Under the pieces are notes generated by a model. The model had not been told where the DNA came from. It worked only from the letters and a program-made list of their open reading frames with translations, and did no database searches. A stretch of 64,000 nucleotides of DNA from a virus: positions 32,600 through 96,599 of IMG/VR virus record IMGVR_UViG_3300047483_000537; one strand, 5' to 3'. Below are positions 49,158-58,550 of the stretch, one piece after another. The translations under genes were made by a program, and so were the position numbers. Position 1 is the stretch's first letter, and the number at the start of each line of letters is the position of its first letter.

Positions 49158-49963
49158 GGTAGGTCAGCCTCCATACTTGTAGAGTTAGATAAAGGTGCTT
49201 TCTCTTGTTTGAATACTTTGGATGTAACCAAAGGTTCTGGCATACCGTCCCAATCATTGGGATCTAGAATCATGTATTCTGTTCTAATACTAGGATGTGC
49301 TACCCATATTTGTGTAAGCATGGTACCTACTAATTTTGGCGCATATTGTAGTGCTGTACCCCGCATACCTCGCAAACACCAAGCACTTGTGGGGTTAAGA
49401 TATGAGCCAGCTTTTGGGCCGCTTTTTACTAACAAACCTTGGTGCTGAAGCTCAAGTAGTTGTTCCGACCCTAAACCGTAGCGAAGTGCGTGATCTTCTA
49501 GTTCATTAGTATCACTAGTAATATCTGGCTGCCAAAACATTGCTTCACGCAAATTTTTGTCCACCAGTGGAGTTGTTGCATCAATATCCCACTGGGTATA
49601 CTTAACACCCTGAAACTTCTTTGGTCCCATTAGGATTAATGGAACTAGGGCGCTATAGCTGGCAAACTCTGGATTAATCTGTGATTTAACTAAACTGCCG
49701 CGCTTTAGGCTAGTGCAGACCTTCCACAAACCCATGTGCCATGGTGTGGTAATGTTGGTTTTGGCTGTGGCATTTGCATCTACCCGACCATCCTTCCACA
49801 CTAAAGTCCAGTTGCCATAATGTGCTGCAATTTGTGGTAACATCCACGAATTATAAGCAGTAATACAATGTGCTTTTGCTAAGTCTTCGCATTGTGATGC
49901 ATTTAGCTTTGCGTATTCCTCAAAAGGAAATTCTTTTATATCATTTGAACGTAATCTAAACAT
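49145..49963 (-). CDS. hypothetical protein
   Basis: 272-aa ORF with no recognised motif. Confidence 0.75.
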   Translation of the reverse strand: MFRLRSNDIKEFPFEEYAKLNASQCEDLAKAHCITAYNSWMLPQIAAHYGNWTLVWKDGRVDANATAKTNITTPWHMGLWKVCTSLKRGSLVKSQINPEFASYSALVPLILMGPKKFQGVKYTQWDIDATTPLVDKNLREAMFWQPDITSDTNELEDHALRYGLGSEQLLELQHQGLLVKSGPKAGSYLNPTSAWCLRGMRGTALQYAPKLVGTMLTQIWVAHPSIRTEYMILDPNDWDGMPEPLVTSKVFKQEKAPLSNSTSMEADLPWLL

Positions 49964-50370
49964 AATTTTCTGAAATGTTAAAAACCAGCTTCACAGTAGC
50001 TAGCGGCACTGACCCCCAAGCGGCGAGATCCCAAGGTGGGACAATTTGCTTTGTGGATTTTAATTCAATAAATTTGTGAGTATTTTAAATATAGCTTTTA
50101 AAACACAAAAAACAATACCCCCAATTTGAGCAAGCGACCAAACTAGATAATGTTCAACAATTGCATAAACTGTATAAGATTAATGTCTGGGTCCCCTCTC
50201 CCGTGACCTCCTTCTCCCCACACTAATCAATACAATTTACATTGTTGAACATTCTAGTTTGTATATCCTTTGTAATATAACTAAATTATAGCACACTTTT
50301 TACATAAATACAAGGTGTAGATTTTAGTTAGCTTATGGAAATCGCTTTCAAACCAGAAACTTTCTGACAT

Positions 50371-50622
50371 TTAGCCCTTTAAAAGTGCTAGTGACTTGTT
50401 TTGAATATTGCTTTTGCTTAGGGTCAGGTCGAAGTATTGCTGACTTTCAAGAACTGCGAGAATTGCAAGAAAATCTTCCAATTCTTGTATTAATTCTTGT
50501 TTGTTGGTGGTTGTGCGATCTGGGTGTGAATTATTTTCACCAAAGCGGTTGATTTTGCTTACCGCTTGAATTACCTCGGCCGCTTCTTCTTGCAGTTTGC
50601 AGATCAAATATTGTGTGTTCAT
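50371..50622 (-). CDS. MazG-like nucleotide pyrophosphohydrolase
   Basis: KLQEEAAEVIQAVSK...ELIQELEDFLA. Confidence 0.65.
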   Translation of the reverse strand: MNTQYLICKLQEEAAEVIQAVSKINRFGENNSHPDRTTTNKQELIQELEDFLAILAVLESQQYFDLTLSKSNIQNKSLALLKG

Positions 50623-50705
50623 AGATTAATTATACTAGATTTTATAAGTGTTTTCGAGTCAGAATTTTTGTTCTAAAATTTCTGTTTGATGCGTTCATGG
50701 TGTTG

Positions 50706-50966
50706 CTAGTCAAAAGCATGCACCACAAAATAGCCTCCAGCTGTGGTAAGCTGAGTGGAGGTTACATAGTTATAACGGTCACTGACTCGTTCGCCTGTGA
50801 TGGCAACATAGACTTCGTATTCGCTAGGCTCTGCGTCAAAGTCTGTGTGTTCTAGGAACCAACCCATGAGCTTTGAGTCTTGGTAGTCCAAATGTACTAG
50901 CTTTAGTGTGCCAGAATGTTTAAAGGCGTTCATGCCTGGGTGCAACATATACTTAAGTGTTCTCAC
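50706..50966 (-). CDS. hypothetical protein
   Basis: Probable GTG start after GGAG; ends FVVHAFD. Confidence 0.55.
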   Translation of the reverse strand: MRTLKYMLHPGMNAFKHSGTLKLVHLDYQDSKLMGWFLEHTDFDAEPSEYEVYVAITGERVSDRYNYVTSTQLTTAGGYFVVHAFD

Positions 50967-51180
50967 TTTTTTGCTCCCATAATTTGCCACGGATACCACA
51001 GTTTGTGAACCAACCACGTTGTTTTCGCTCATCACTACAGCTGCTTCCATATGCCTCAGCTGTATTAGCAAGTGCCCAGTAGTCATTGGCGTTAACAATG
51101 GGATGTACACATCTGAGTGCTCCATAGTCCTTTTCACGTGATCGTGAGTGTTGGCACTCTTTGCAGAATTTAACTTGCAT
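50953..51180 (-). CDS. small Cys-rich protein
   Basis: CKECQH...C..P...C...CG..GKLW. Confidence 0.6.
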   Translation of the reverse strand: MQVKFCKECQHSRSREKDYGALRCVHPIVNANDYWALANTAEAYGSSCSDERKQRGWFTNCGIRGKLWEQKSENT

Positions 51181-51493
51181 CTACTAGCTCCAAGAAGCGG
51201 TATAATGTCATGGTTGTAGGGTCATAGCTGGTACCATCAACGATAAACTCCATGTTTTGTGTACCATGCTCAGTTTCATACATCCACCACATCAGCCATT
51301 CGAATAAGGTGTCGCCAAGTAGTTCGGCGACAAGTTCTGTGTAAGCACCTTCAATGGGCTCTGCTAGTCCAAAAACTTGATTGTCCGACCCTAAGGCTGC
51401 AAGTGCTGTGTTAAGCATGCTCTCTCCAGCTCGTTGCTGAATATTGGCCATGCAGTAGTTGTAAGCGATTTGGTGTGTGGTTTTAATTGTCAC
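51170..51493 (-). CDS. hypothetical protein
   Basis: 107-aa ORF overlapping its neighbours. Confidence 0.65.
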   Translation of the reverse strand: MTIKTTHQIAYNYCMANIQQRAGESMLNTALAALGSDNQVFGLAEPIEGAYTELVAELLGDTLFEWLMWWMYETEHGTQNMEFIVDGTSYDPTTMTLYRFLELVDAS

Positions 51494-51791
51494 GGATATA
51501 TCTTTCTAGTTGTTGGCGATCCAGCCAGCTATGTGCAACTGGAATACGTCCAAATAGTTCATAATTGGTTAGTGCTTGAGTCTTTTCGACTTTGGCAGGT
51601 TTAGGCGCTCCGGTACTTGAGATAACCCAGACCTGATTGCCTGGTTCGACGAAAAATCCATCTGCGGTCACACCCACAGCACGAGTGTTGAGTACGGCTT
51701 CTGCAAACTGTTCCAGTTCGGATCGCTGCACTGGTCCGATCTGTGACCACTCTAAGAGCCTGGGTGGTAGTAGGTTTTTGATATTGGTCAT
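51483..51791 (-). CDS. hypothetical protein
   Basis: 102-aa ORF with GAGG SD. Confidence 0.65.
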   Translation of the reverse strand: MTNIKNLLPPRLLEWSQIGPVQRSELEQFAEAVLNTRAVGVTADGFFVEPGNQVWVISSTGAPKPAKVEKTQALTNYELFGRIPVAHSWLDRQQLERYIRDN

Positions 51792-51881
51792 TTTTTTAAT
51801 TCCTCTGCACGACGATCAACATCCTTGAGATGTGCGTCCAGTTTTTTGAGCAGCTGTTCACGTTCACGGCCTTGCAGCTTA

Positions 51882-52091
51882 TTAGCCGCACTCAGCATCG
51901 AAAAGGCGTCGCTGTTCTTGGCAAGTACATGGTGTTTGTAGTTTACATAGTTCTGCATAATAATCCTTTAGGTCTTGAACGGTGGCATCACACCACTCAC
52001 ACTCTGGGTCACCATAAGGTCCACGCCAGGTATATAGTCGTTGTAAGATCAGCTTGCCACGCCAGTTTGTGCGAAATCGGTAGTGTTTCAT
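51882..52091 (-). CDS. hypothetical protein
   Basis: 69 aa, ATGA overlap with the upstream gene. Confidence 0.6.
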   Translation of the reverse strand: MKHYRFRTNWRGKLILQRLYTWRGPYGDPECEWCDATVQDLKDYYAELCKLQTPCTCQEQRRLFDAECG

Positions 52092-52588
52092 TGTGTGCTT
52101 TTAAATTGTTGGTCTAGCCAAGGCTTGCATAGCTCCCAGGTTTTGTACTGGTGTGCAATTCCGCCTGCAGCAGTCCACTGATCACAGTTAACTGCACGAT
52201 CGTCGATTAGTATATCGCCTGGTGTGCAGCGCTGTTGCTTGTCTTCCGAATAAGGGCCGATAAACACTGGAATACCAGGAAAGTAGTACTGTGCCCATAG
52301 GACTTTGTCATATGCAGCAAAGGGCAAGTCATTGTTGTGTGGCAGTGCAGTTAAAAAGTAAAGACCCTCAATCTTAGCAGATCGGTATAATTCAAGGCAG
52401 TAGGCAACCAAGTCCTCAGCACCTGCTTTGAGTTCTAAGTCGCGAAACATACGCTGTGCAGATTTAAGTCGCCGCCAGGTTTGTTCTGGCAACCATGCTC
52501 CGTCGTTGAGTTCTGGACTACGCAAGTAGCTAACAGCAAAAGCTCGCCAGTCAGCTACTACTTCGTCCATGTCTAAGTATAGTTTCAT
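52088..52588 (-). CDS. 5'(3')-deoxyribonucleotidase-like HAD protein
   Basis: MKLYLDMDEVVADW, FLTA, K..W, ILIDDR..NC..W..AGG. Confidence 0.8.
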   Translation of the reverse strand: MKLYLDMDEVVADWRAFAVSYLRSPELNDGAWLPEQTWRRLKSAQRMFRDLELKAGAEDLVAYCLELYRSAKIEGLYFLTALPHNNDLPFAAYDKVLWAQYYFPGIPVFIGPYSEDKQQRCTPGDILIDDRAVNCDQWTAAGGIAHQYKTWELCKPWLDQQFKSTQ

Positions 52589-52589
52589 G

Positions 52590-52880
52590 TTAGCTCCAAG
52601 TTCGGTGGGCTTCAGCAACCCACTCACACCCATCATACTCCATAACCGTCCAGTCAACATCATCTGGAATTGTGACAATTTTCAATCGGGCATATGTGCC
52701 ACCAGCTCGCTCACCTAGTGCTTTGACTGTGGCCAGCAGTCGTGGACAGTCTCTGGGAATGTCAGAATCATACTCACTGGGTTCTGCTCCTTGTTCGCGA
52801 CAAAAGCCACGGTACATTTCCATGGCTGCTTCGCTGAGGCCAAATCCGCCGTGTCGTGCATTGATTACAATTTGTGTCAT
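52590..52880 (-). CDS. phage hypothetical protein
   Basis: IVIN..HGGFGLS...LKIVTIPDDVDW.V.EYDG.EWVAE.HRTW. Confidence 0.7.
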   Translation of the reverse strand: MTQIVINARHGGFGLSEAAMEMYRGFCREQGAEPSEYDSDIPRDCPRLLATVKALGERAGGTYARLKIVTIPDDVDWTVMEYDGCEWVAEAHRTWS

Positions 52881-53131
52881 ACAGTTTCCAGTCTGGTTGA
52901 ATGTGTGTCGATAACATCGTCACTGGGGTTGTCCAGTGGATGCAAGTATTTAGCTTGTGCAGCAAACATACTGCGAAAACTACCATTAACTGTGGTGATG
53001 ACTTCTGGTGTGATCTTCCACACATCATCAAACAGGTTACTTTCAGCTGTAACAATCTTGCCGTTGCAGTCGGCTCCCAGTGCTCCGTGCGGAACACCAC
53101 GAATCATACAAAGTGTGTTTGGTTTGATCAT
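52877..53131 (-). CDS. hypothetical protein
   Basis: GGAG SD before MIKPNTLC. Confidence 0.6.
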   Translation of the reverse strand: MIKPNTLCMIRGVPHGALGADCNGKIVTAESNLFDDVWKITPEVITTVNGSFRSMFAAQAKYLHPLDNPSDDVIDTHSTRLETV

Positions 53132-53172
53132 TTTTTCTCCAATTAAGCATATATTATACCCCAAAAAGCAAA

Positions 53173-53204
53173 AAGCCACAAGTGCAAGATAACACTTGTG
53201 GCTT
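53173..53204. terminator. intrinsic terminator
   Basis: AAGCCACAAGTG-CAAGATAA-CACTTGTGGCTT flanked by A and T tracts. Confidence 0.75.
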
Positions 53205-53227
53205 ATTTTTGTTGCGTAAAAACAACA

Positions 53228-53446
53228 TTAGTTAAACAGTTTGTTTAGTTTTTGCTCCGTCCAAGGTATGGCGATTTTACCTAGGACAAGCCAACCAAAG
53301 CTACAGTAAACAATGGCGTCTAACCAATTTCTGGGAATTACCCATTCTGTTAGCAGAATCCAAAGTGCAATTACTAGCAGCATTGCCCAAAACTGAAACC
53401 GGTTTACATAAGCGTAAATACAAAATTCATGCCAAAACTGTTTCAT
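53228..53446 (-). CDS. small membrane protein
   Basis: Two hydrophobic segments. Confidence 0.6.
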   Translation of the reverse strand: MKQFWHEFCIYAYVNRFQFWAMLLVIALWILLTEWVIPRNWLDAIVYCSFGWLVLGKIAIPWTEQKLNKLFN

Positions 53447-53643
53447 GGACGTTCCTTGGGAAATGGCCAGTTGGGGTTGACGTCAGGAGTGTCTCCCACA
53501 CAATCACAGCTGCGGCCTTGATTGCAGTCGCCGGTACAGCCGTTGTTGCAACAGTTAATATCTAAGTGCTGGTGTGTAAACCATACCAACACACCAATAA
53601 TAGTTGCAAATGAAATAAACATTGCAATGTAGATAAGTGTCAT
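53443..53643 (-). CDS. membrane-anchored Cys-rich peptide
   Basis: MTLIYIAM TM segment, then CCNNGCTGDCNQGRSCDC. Confidence 0.6.
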   Translation of the reverse strand: MTLIYIAMFISFATIIGVLVWFTHQHLDINCCNNGCTGDCNQGRSCDCVGDTPDVNPNWPFPKERP

Positions 53644-53644
53644 A

Positions 53645-54331
53645 TTAATCCCACAAATTTTCGTAGTATTTGCCAAATAGTCGGAAGCCGTTGGTGATAC
53701 GTGCTTGTTCAACAGCCATGCCTTCGTAGTCACACTTGTAAGTGTCATTGGGGCCACTAACCATGTGGTACAGTGTAGGCTTACCGGCATCATCCCAAGC
53801 ACAAGGCTCGGTTTTAAAGTCGATAGTACCACTACGATATTTTTCTTGCCAGCTGTCGTCACACTTGCAGGAAAACGCAAAGATCATTTCATCTAGTACC
53901 CAATCCCAACGCTTGAAGTGATTGGCGTCTGTGTCCCACTCAGATTCCTTGGCAGGAGCTGAGGTGCTCTTGAGATGTTCTGGAACGTCACAGTCATCTA
54001 CGTGTGGTGCTCCATGTTTGGTAGCTTGCAATTGACGCAGCATGGGCAGTGCAATAAGTGCTAGAGTATGGTCCATGCCCCAAGTATCCCAACGATCAAT
54101 TTTTACATACACTTGGCGCTGCTTCTTAGACTCAATCCACTGACACACTCGGGTTAGCCAAGTATCCGAACCATCCTTGCGCTCAGCAAGCCAAGTGCCA
54201 AAGTCATGAACCCAGTCAGGTTTGGATTCCATGTTGTATTTGTCTTTAACTGGTTTGACCCAAAAGCAGAGTAGGTCAGCAATTTGATAAGGGCCCCACC
54301 AAGTGGTGTATTTGCCGATTTTTACTTTCAT
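53645..54331 (-). CDS. phage hypothetical protein
   Basis: 228 aa; WDTWGMDHTLA...RWDWVLDEMIFAF...GFRLFGKYYENLWD. Confidence 0.75.
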   Translation of the reverse strand: MKVKIGKYTTWWGPYQIADLLCFWVKPVKDKYNMESKPDWVHDFGTWLAERKDGSDTWLTRVCQWIESKKQRQVYVKIDRWDTWGMDHTLALIALPMLRQLQATKHGAPHVDDCDVPEHLKSTSAPAKESEWDTDANHFKRWDWVLDEMIFAFSCKCDDSWQEKYRSGTIDFKTEPCAWDDAGKPTLYHMVSGPNDTYKCDYEGMAVEQARITNGFRLFGKYYENLWD

Positions 54332-54648
54332 GGAAATAACCTCAATTGTTGGTAGACATAACAGTGCAAGTTTTCACGAGCACGATCAAATACTTCGCAT
54401 GGCTCAACCATTTCAGGCTCACAGCCTTCAACCGCACAAGCGTATTGCAGCAAGGTGTAGTCAATGTCCAACCACATGGCTTCAGCTCCGGCTTTGTAAG
54501 CCTCAAACATCCAGTAGTCACGATTGTCAGAATTGGCAGGATTGCCATAGCCGTAGACTTGTGCACGATTTGAACCCAGTTCAGGATACTGTTCTTCAAA
54601 AAACCAGCGATTAAACTCACGCTTTAAGTTAAATTTTTCACGTTGCAT
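54328..54648 (-). CDS. hypothetical protein
   Basis: 106 aa, translationally coupled. Confidence 0.65.
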   Translation of the reverse strand: MQREKFNLKREFNRWFFEEQYPELGSNRAQVYGYGNPANSDNRDYWMFEAYKAGAEAMWLDIDYTLLQYACAVEGCEPEMVEPCEVFDRARENLHCYVYQQLRLFP

Positions 54649-54854
54649 TAATAAGGTCCTTGGTGATTGTCACAAGCAGCAGTGATTTCTGTGTAGAAGT
54701 CCGCCAGAACTTTGAGCGCATCTTTGTCATCGCCGTGTTTATAGGCATTACGAATTGCATTACGAAAGTCATCTAGCAAATTGTGGTACTGCTGGGCATT
54801 AAGATACATACGAGCCTCATCAGCGTCAGCACATTGAATTTTAAGTTCTAGCAT
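54648..54854 (-). CDS. hypothetical protein
   Basis: 68 aa, translationally coupled. Confidence 0.6.
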   Translation of the reverse strand: MLELKIQCADADEARMYLNAQQYHNLLDDFRNAIRNAYKHGDDKDALKVLADFYTEITAACDNHQGPY

Positions 54855-55035
54855 ATTTGTTTAATTGTTTGAGTGTTGAGAGGTCGGTAACCGGTTGGTA
54901 ATTAGACTTTGCCATTGGCACAATACAGTGCTTGAAAGCACGTGCTACTAGCTCGCCACACGGCAAGCAAGTGTGTTTGCCCAATGCCCAACGGCGTGGG
55001 TTTACGTCATCTGAACATTTTACGCAAAAATACAT
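54841..55035 (-). CDS. DksA/TraR-type C4 zinc-finger protein
   Basis: MYFCVKCSDDVNPRRWALGKHTCLPC; GGAG SD and its own upstream promoter. Confidence 0.55.
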   Translation of the reverse strand: MYFCVKCSDDVNPRRWALGKHTCLPCGELVARAFKHCIVPMAKSNYQPVTDLSTLKQLNKYART

Positions 55036-55093
55036 TGTTGAAGTCTCCGAAATATGAATTATTATATCACTATGGGCCGGAGACTTCAAATCT

Positions 55094-55462
55094 TTATTTT
55101 CGCATTGCACGAACTAAGGTTTCAGTTAGGCTACGAATGGCTTTCTCATAACTTTGAACACGTTGACGCTGACCTGGCAACCATTCAGGTTTTAGTGTAA
55201 GAGCCAGTTCTTCATCCGTGGTAACTAGCACAGGTTTAGTGGTGCCATCTCGCCAACGAAGTCGTTCACAGTAGATGGTTACTGTTTTTAGGCTTGGAAC
55301 CATCATGGGCTCTGACCATGGTTCTTTGGCTATGTTAATTTTAACTGGATCTTGTACCGCTACACGTATAGCTCCTTGACGCTCTAGCTGCTCTAGCAGC
55401 CAAACAGGTAAATCTAATACCGTAATAGGTTCAAAATCTTTAGTGTAGAGTACAACATTCAT
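55094..55462 (-). CDS. hypothetical protein
   Basis: Likely start MNVVLYT. Confidence 0.65.
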   Translation of the reverse strand: MNVVLYTKDFEPITVLDLPVWLLEQLERQGAIRVAVQDPVKINIAKEPWSEPMMVPSLKTVTIYCERLRWRDGTTKPVLVTTDEELALTLKPEWLPGQRQRVQSYEKAIRSLTETLVRAMRK

Positions 55463-55463
55463 A

Positions 55464-56390
55464 TTACCACTGAGCCTCATTGGGAATTAGTTTGCGGTGT
55501 TGAATCCAGCCGCGAAGGTTACCTGACCACAAGTCTGAATTAGCACTTACATGAGTAACACCAAGTTCCCAAGTTTCTGGCTCAAAACGGCACATTGTAG
55601 CGGTATCCATTGGAGTGGCCTGATGTTCAACAGGACTTGCGTGTGCAGGTTCTGATTCAATCAGTTGTTGGTAGATTTTCTGAGCCTTTTCCAGTGTATC
55701 ATCGTTCTTACGGTACGACACTTGAGCACAACAGCTAGCGCTGATAACACGGGCTTCGTCTGCGGTGATATCATCACCTTTGTTATCACTATATAACAAC
55801 TCATTATTAATAATGCTACGATAAGTATTGACATAAGGTACATGCCATTCTCCTGGGTGCAATAGTTGTGGAGCGCTAGCATCATATGCTTCACGCATTT
55901 TGCGTGCTAATTCAGCAATTTCAGGCTGTGCGTCTGCATGGTCGCGCAACCAAAAGTAGTTAGCCCACTCAGTTCCCGAAATAACCGTTTTCATAGTCAT
56001 CCAAGGCTCAGTAACACGGTTGGCAATTTGCTTGTGCAATCCAACACGATCACTCATTGCCCAAGCCCAGTGCAGTGCATCTTGCATAGCACGTTGCCAC
56101 ATAAACTTAACGTCTGCTAAGTCATTGGTAACCAGTTCTTCTTTGGCTTGCATACCTGGTTGATTTTTACCCCAGTATACAGGGCCAGCAGGTGCTGCTT
56201 TGATTTGCTCATGCATAGCCTTGACTGGAATAGCACGAGAACTCGCCGAGTTCTTTGACAACATACGATGTGTATTAAGTTCTGCTAGGATAAAGCGCGG
56301 ATACTCAATTTCCATAGTAGTCATGCGAGTGCCTTCTGGACTAACTGAGTCAGCAAGGATTCGGGCAGTAATGTGGTCTTTAAAATTCAT
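55464..56390 (-). CDS. thyX: FAD-dependent thymidylate synthase
   Basis: RFILAELNTHRMLSKNSASSRAIP, LRDHADAQPEI, HASPVEHQA. Confidence 0.85.
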   Translation of the reverse strand: MNFKDHITARILADSVSPEGTRMTTMEIEYPRFILAELNTHRMLSKNSASSRAIPVKAMHEQIKAAPAGPVYWGKNQPGMQAKEELVTNDLADVKFMWQRAMQDALHWAWAMSDRVGLHKQIANRVTEPWMTMKTVISGTEWANYFWLRDHADAQPEIAELARKMREAYDASAPQLLHPGEWHVPYVNTYRSIINNELLYSDNKGDDITADEARVISASCCAQVSYRKNDDTLEKAQKIYQQLIESEPAHASPVEHQATPMDTATMCRFEPETWELGVTHVSANSDLWSGNLRGWIQHRKLIPNEAQW

Positions 56391-56393
56391 AAA

Positions 56394-56561
56394 TTATCTA
56401 AAACAAAAAGATTCAAGGTAAGCTTTAACTTTGGCTTCTGGTACGTCACATGGACATTGCATATCAAAGCCTTTATTAGGTGTAGTCCACCACTTGGTAA
56501 TCAATTCAGGATTACCAAGCAGTGAAAGTAGTAGCGCATTAAGGTAGTCTGTGGGGCTCAT
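56394..56561 (-). CDS. 55-aa protein resembling the Xre/MbcA/ParS antitoxin C-terminal domain (not in the ORF track)
   Basis: MSPTDYLNALLLSLLGNPELITKWWTTPNKGFDMQCPCDVPEAKVKAYLESFCFR*; ATGA overlap with the upstream gene. Confidence 0.5.
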   Translation of the reverse strand: MSPTDYLNALLLSLLGNPELITKWWTTPNKGFDMQCPCDVPEAKVKAYLESFCFR

Positions 56562-57313
56562 ACTTCAATCACCTTGTGTGCATCAAATCCAACACCATCG
56601 TTCATAGCGTTGTAGTAACCATGAGGATTAGCAACCACACGAGTATCACCAAGAAGAATATCGGTTGCATCGTGCGTATGGCCAAACAGCCAAGTAGTAT
56701 CAGACATAGTGCTGATATACTCACCCAAGTTATTAGCAAAATAGTCATTGATTAAGTCCGGGCCACGAAAACGTGGTGCAATGCACTCACGTGCTGGTAA
56801 AAAGTGTGTGACAACCACAACTTTGTTGTCGCCACGCTGTTCATACTGATCTTGAATATAACCAAGATGTTGGTAGTAAGTTTTAGCGCAACGATTAACA
56901 TCAAAGTCGCGAATCTGGCGGAAGTCGTTGATTCCACGCTTGGCTGCTGACTGCGAAAACGGATTGTCTCCAAAGTTAGTCCACAGTGTACCACCAACAA
57001 ACTTAACGTCTTTGATTGTAACAGTGCCTGGGTTCAAGAAGTGCACGTTGTCGTATGCAAAGCACTTGTTTTCCATTTTAGCATTGAACTCGTCAAAACC
57101 AGTACCATAGTATTCATGATTGCCTGGCACGTAAATGATTTCAGGAAATCCTTGGTCTAGGAAGTGTTTGATAACGTCCATAGTGTTGGTGCTGCCTGAA
57201 GCAATGTCGCCAGCGAGCACAAGCACGTCTTCACCACGATATTCACTCATAGCATGAGTTTTATATGGTAGTCGAAATTCTGTGTGTAGGTCGGATAAGA
57301 GTCTGATCTTCAT
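56558..57313 (-). CDS. calcineurin-like metallophosphoesterase
   Basis: SDLH, AGDI, PGNHEYY, VVTH, FGHTH. Confidence 0.92.
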   Translation of the reverse strand: MKIRLLSDLHTEFRLPYKTHAMSEYRGEDVLVLAGDIASGSTNTMDVIKHFLDQGFPEIIYVPGNHEYYGTGFDEFNAKMENKCFAYDNVHFLNPGTVTIKDVKFVGGTLWTNFGDNPFSQSAAKRGINDFRQIRDFDVNRCAKTYYQHLGYIQDQYEQRGDNKVVVVTHFLPARECIAPRFRGPDLINDYFANNLGEYISTMSDTTWLFGHTHDATDILLGDTRVVANPHGYYNAMNDGVGFDAHKVIEV

Positions 57314-57358
57314 AATTTTTTCCTTAAGCCTATATTATAACAGAATAGACTGGGAGAT

Positions 57359-57844
57359 TCAACTGTAAAAAATATGGTTTCCAATTACGGCCACCACACG
57401 TTTTTTACGATTCCAACGCGGATCTACTTGTTTGGTATGAAAGTATAGTGCACGAAAGTTTGGTAAGTGTATTGAGCGCGTTAGTACAGCTGCTGCCAGG
57501 TCTACAGATGCTTCCCAGGCTTTGCGATCTCGTATTCTTCGTGAGTTATCTAGTGTCCAAGAAAATTGTTTGTGTGCATATACTACTCCACAAACAGTTT
57601 TATTGAAAGCACCGCTAGCTACACGATTGATAGTGACTTGCGCAACTGCCAGCTGACCCTCAAGCGATTCACCTCGGGCTTCGTAATATATGTTCTTGGC
57701 CAGGCAAAATATCTCGGCTTTGGGAACCTGTGAGATTGGTATTGGTTTCACACGCAGGGTTCCAAGGCGGTCTTGGCCAAGGTTGCCCAGGCCAAGGCTT
57801 GTAAGCAGGGCTAGGGCTGCTATTCCGAGCTTTAATGTCTTCAT
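57359..57844 (-). CDS. SleB-like cell wall hydrolase
   Basis: CLAKNIYYEARGE, AVAQVTINRV, QFSW, IGNHIFY; signal peptide. Confidence 0.9.
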   Translation of the reverse strand: MKTLKLGIAALALLTSLGLGNLGQDRLGTLRVKPIPISQVPKAEIFCLAKNIYYEARGESLEGQLAVAQVTINRVASGAFNKTVCGVVYAHKQFSWTLDNSRRIRDRKAWEASVDLAAAVLTRSIHLPNFRALYFHTKQVDPRWNRKKRVVAVIGNHIFYS

Positions 57845-57903
57845 TTAAGATCTCCATTAGTGTATCGAAGCTTTGCTGCTCTAGATGCGTGCCTTGATTA
57901 TTA

Positions 57904-58209
57904 TCAAGTTTCTCCGCTAGGTGCTGGAGCAGTACTAGAATTTCGAAGCGTTTCGTATTGTTGTGTAAGTTCATTTAACTGACTCTGTAAATTAATACTG
58001 ACCTCATGTGCTTGTTGCACAGCCTGTGATAGCTGCGCAATAACATCGGCAGCCTTAATCATTAAGTTATTGGGTGGTCTATTGACCTGATAAGGATTGT
58101 TTTCCCCATCTTGCATGGTGTAACTATCTCCGTGCCGTAAACGCTGTACAAGCCAATTAATATCCATAATTTCTGTTAAATTTATAGTCGAAGTTACATT
58201 ATAGCCCAA
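57904..58209 (-). CDS. hypothetical coiled-coil protein
   Basis: 101-aa ORF; true start probably MDINWL. Confidence 0.55.
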   Translation of the reverse strand: MGYNVTSTINLTEIMDINWLVQRLRHGDSYTMQDGENNPYQVNRPPNNLMIKAADVIAQLSQAVQQAHEVSINLQSQLNELTQQYETLRNSSTAPAPSGET

Positions 58210-58550
58210 ACGGCTTTGTGTGGCAAGTCAAAATTTATATGATCTGCGCCAAAGCACAAAAAATTTTAGTGTTGACGGTGTGTTACTTGAGTGATATAAT
58301 AAATAATCGAATATTATAGGTGTTTTTATGACATTTAGCGAATACATTACACGTCATGCTTACTACTCGTACTTAGAGTATTGCAGACAGAACTATTTAA
58401 AACCTGAAGTAGACATTGATGTAAATAAGCCAAAGCTATGTGCTTTGGTAAAATCTCCTGTTGACAAGTCTGGTTAAATCGCTTATAATGAATATTCGCC
58501 GACCATATAAACCTGGGCCAAGTCAAATTGCCCGATACAAAGCCAACACA

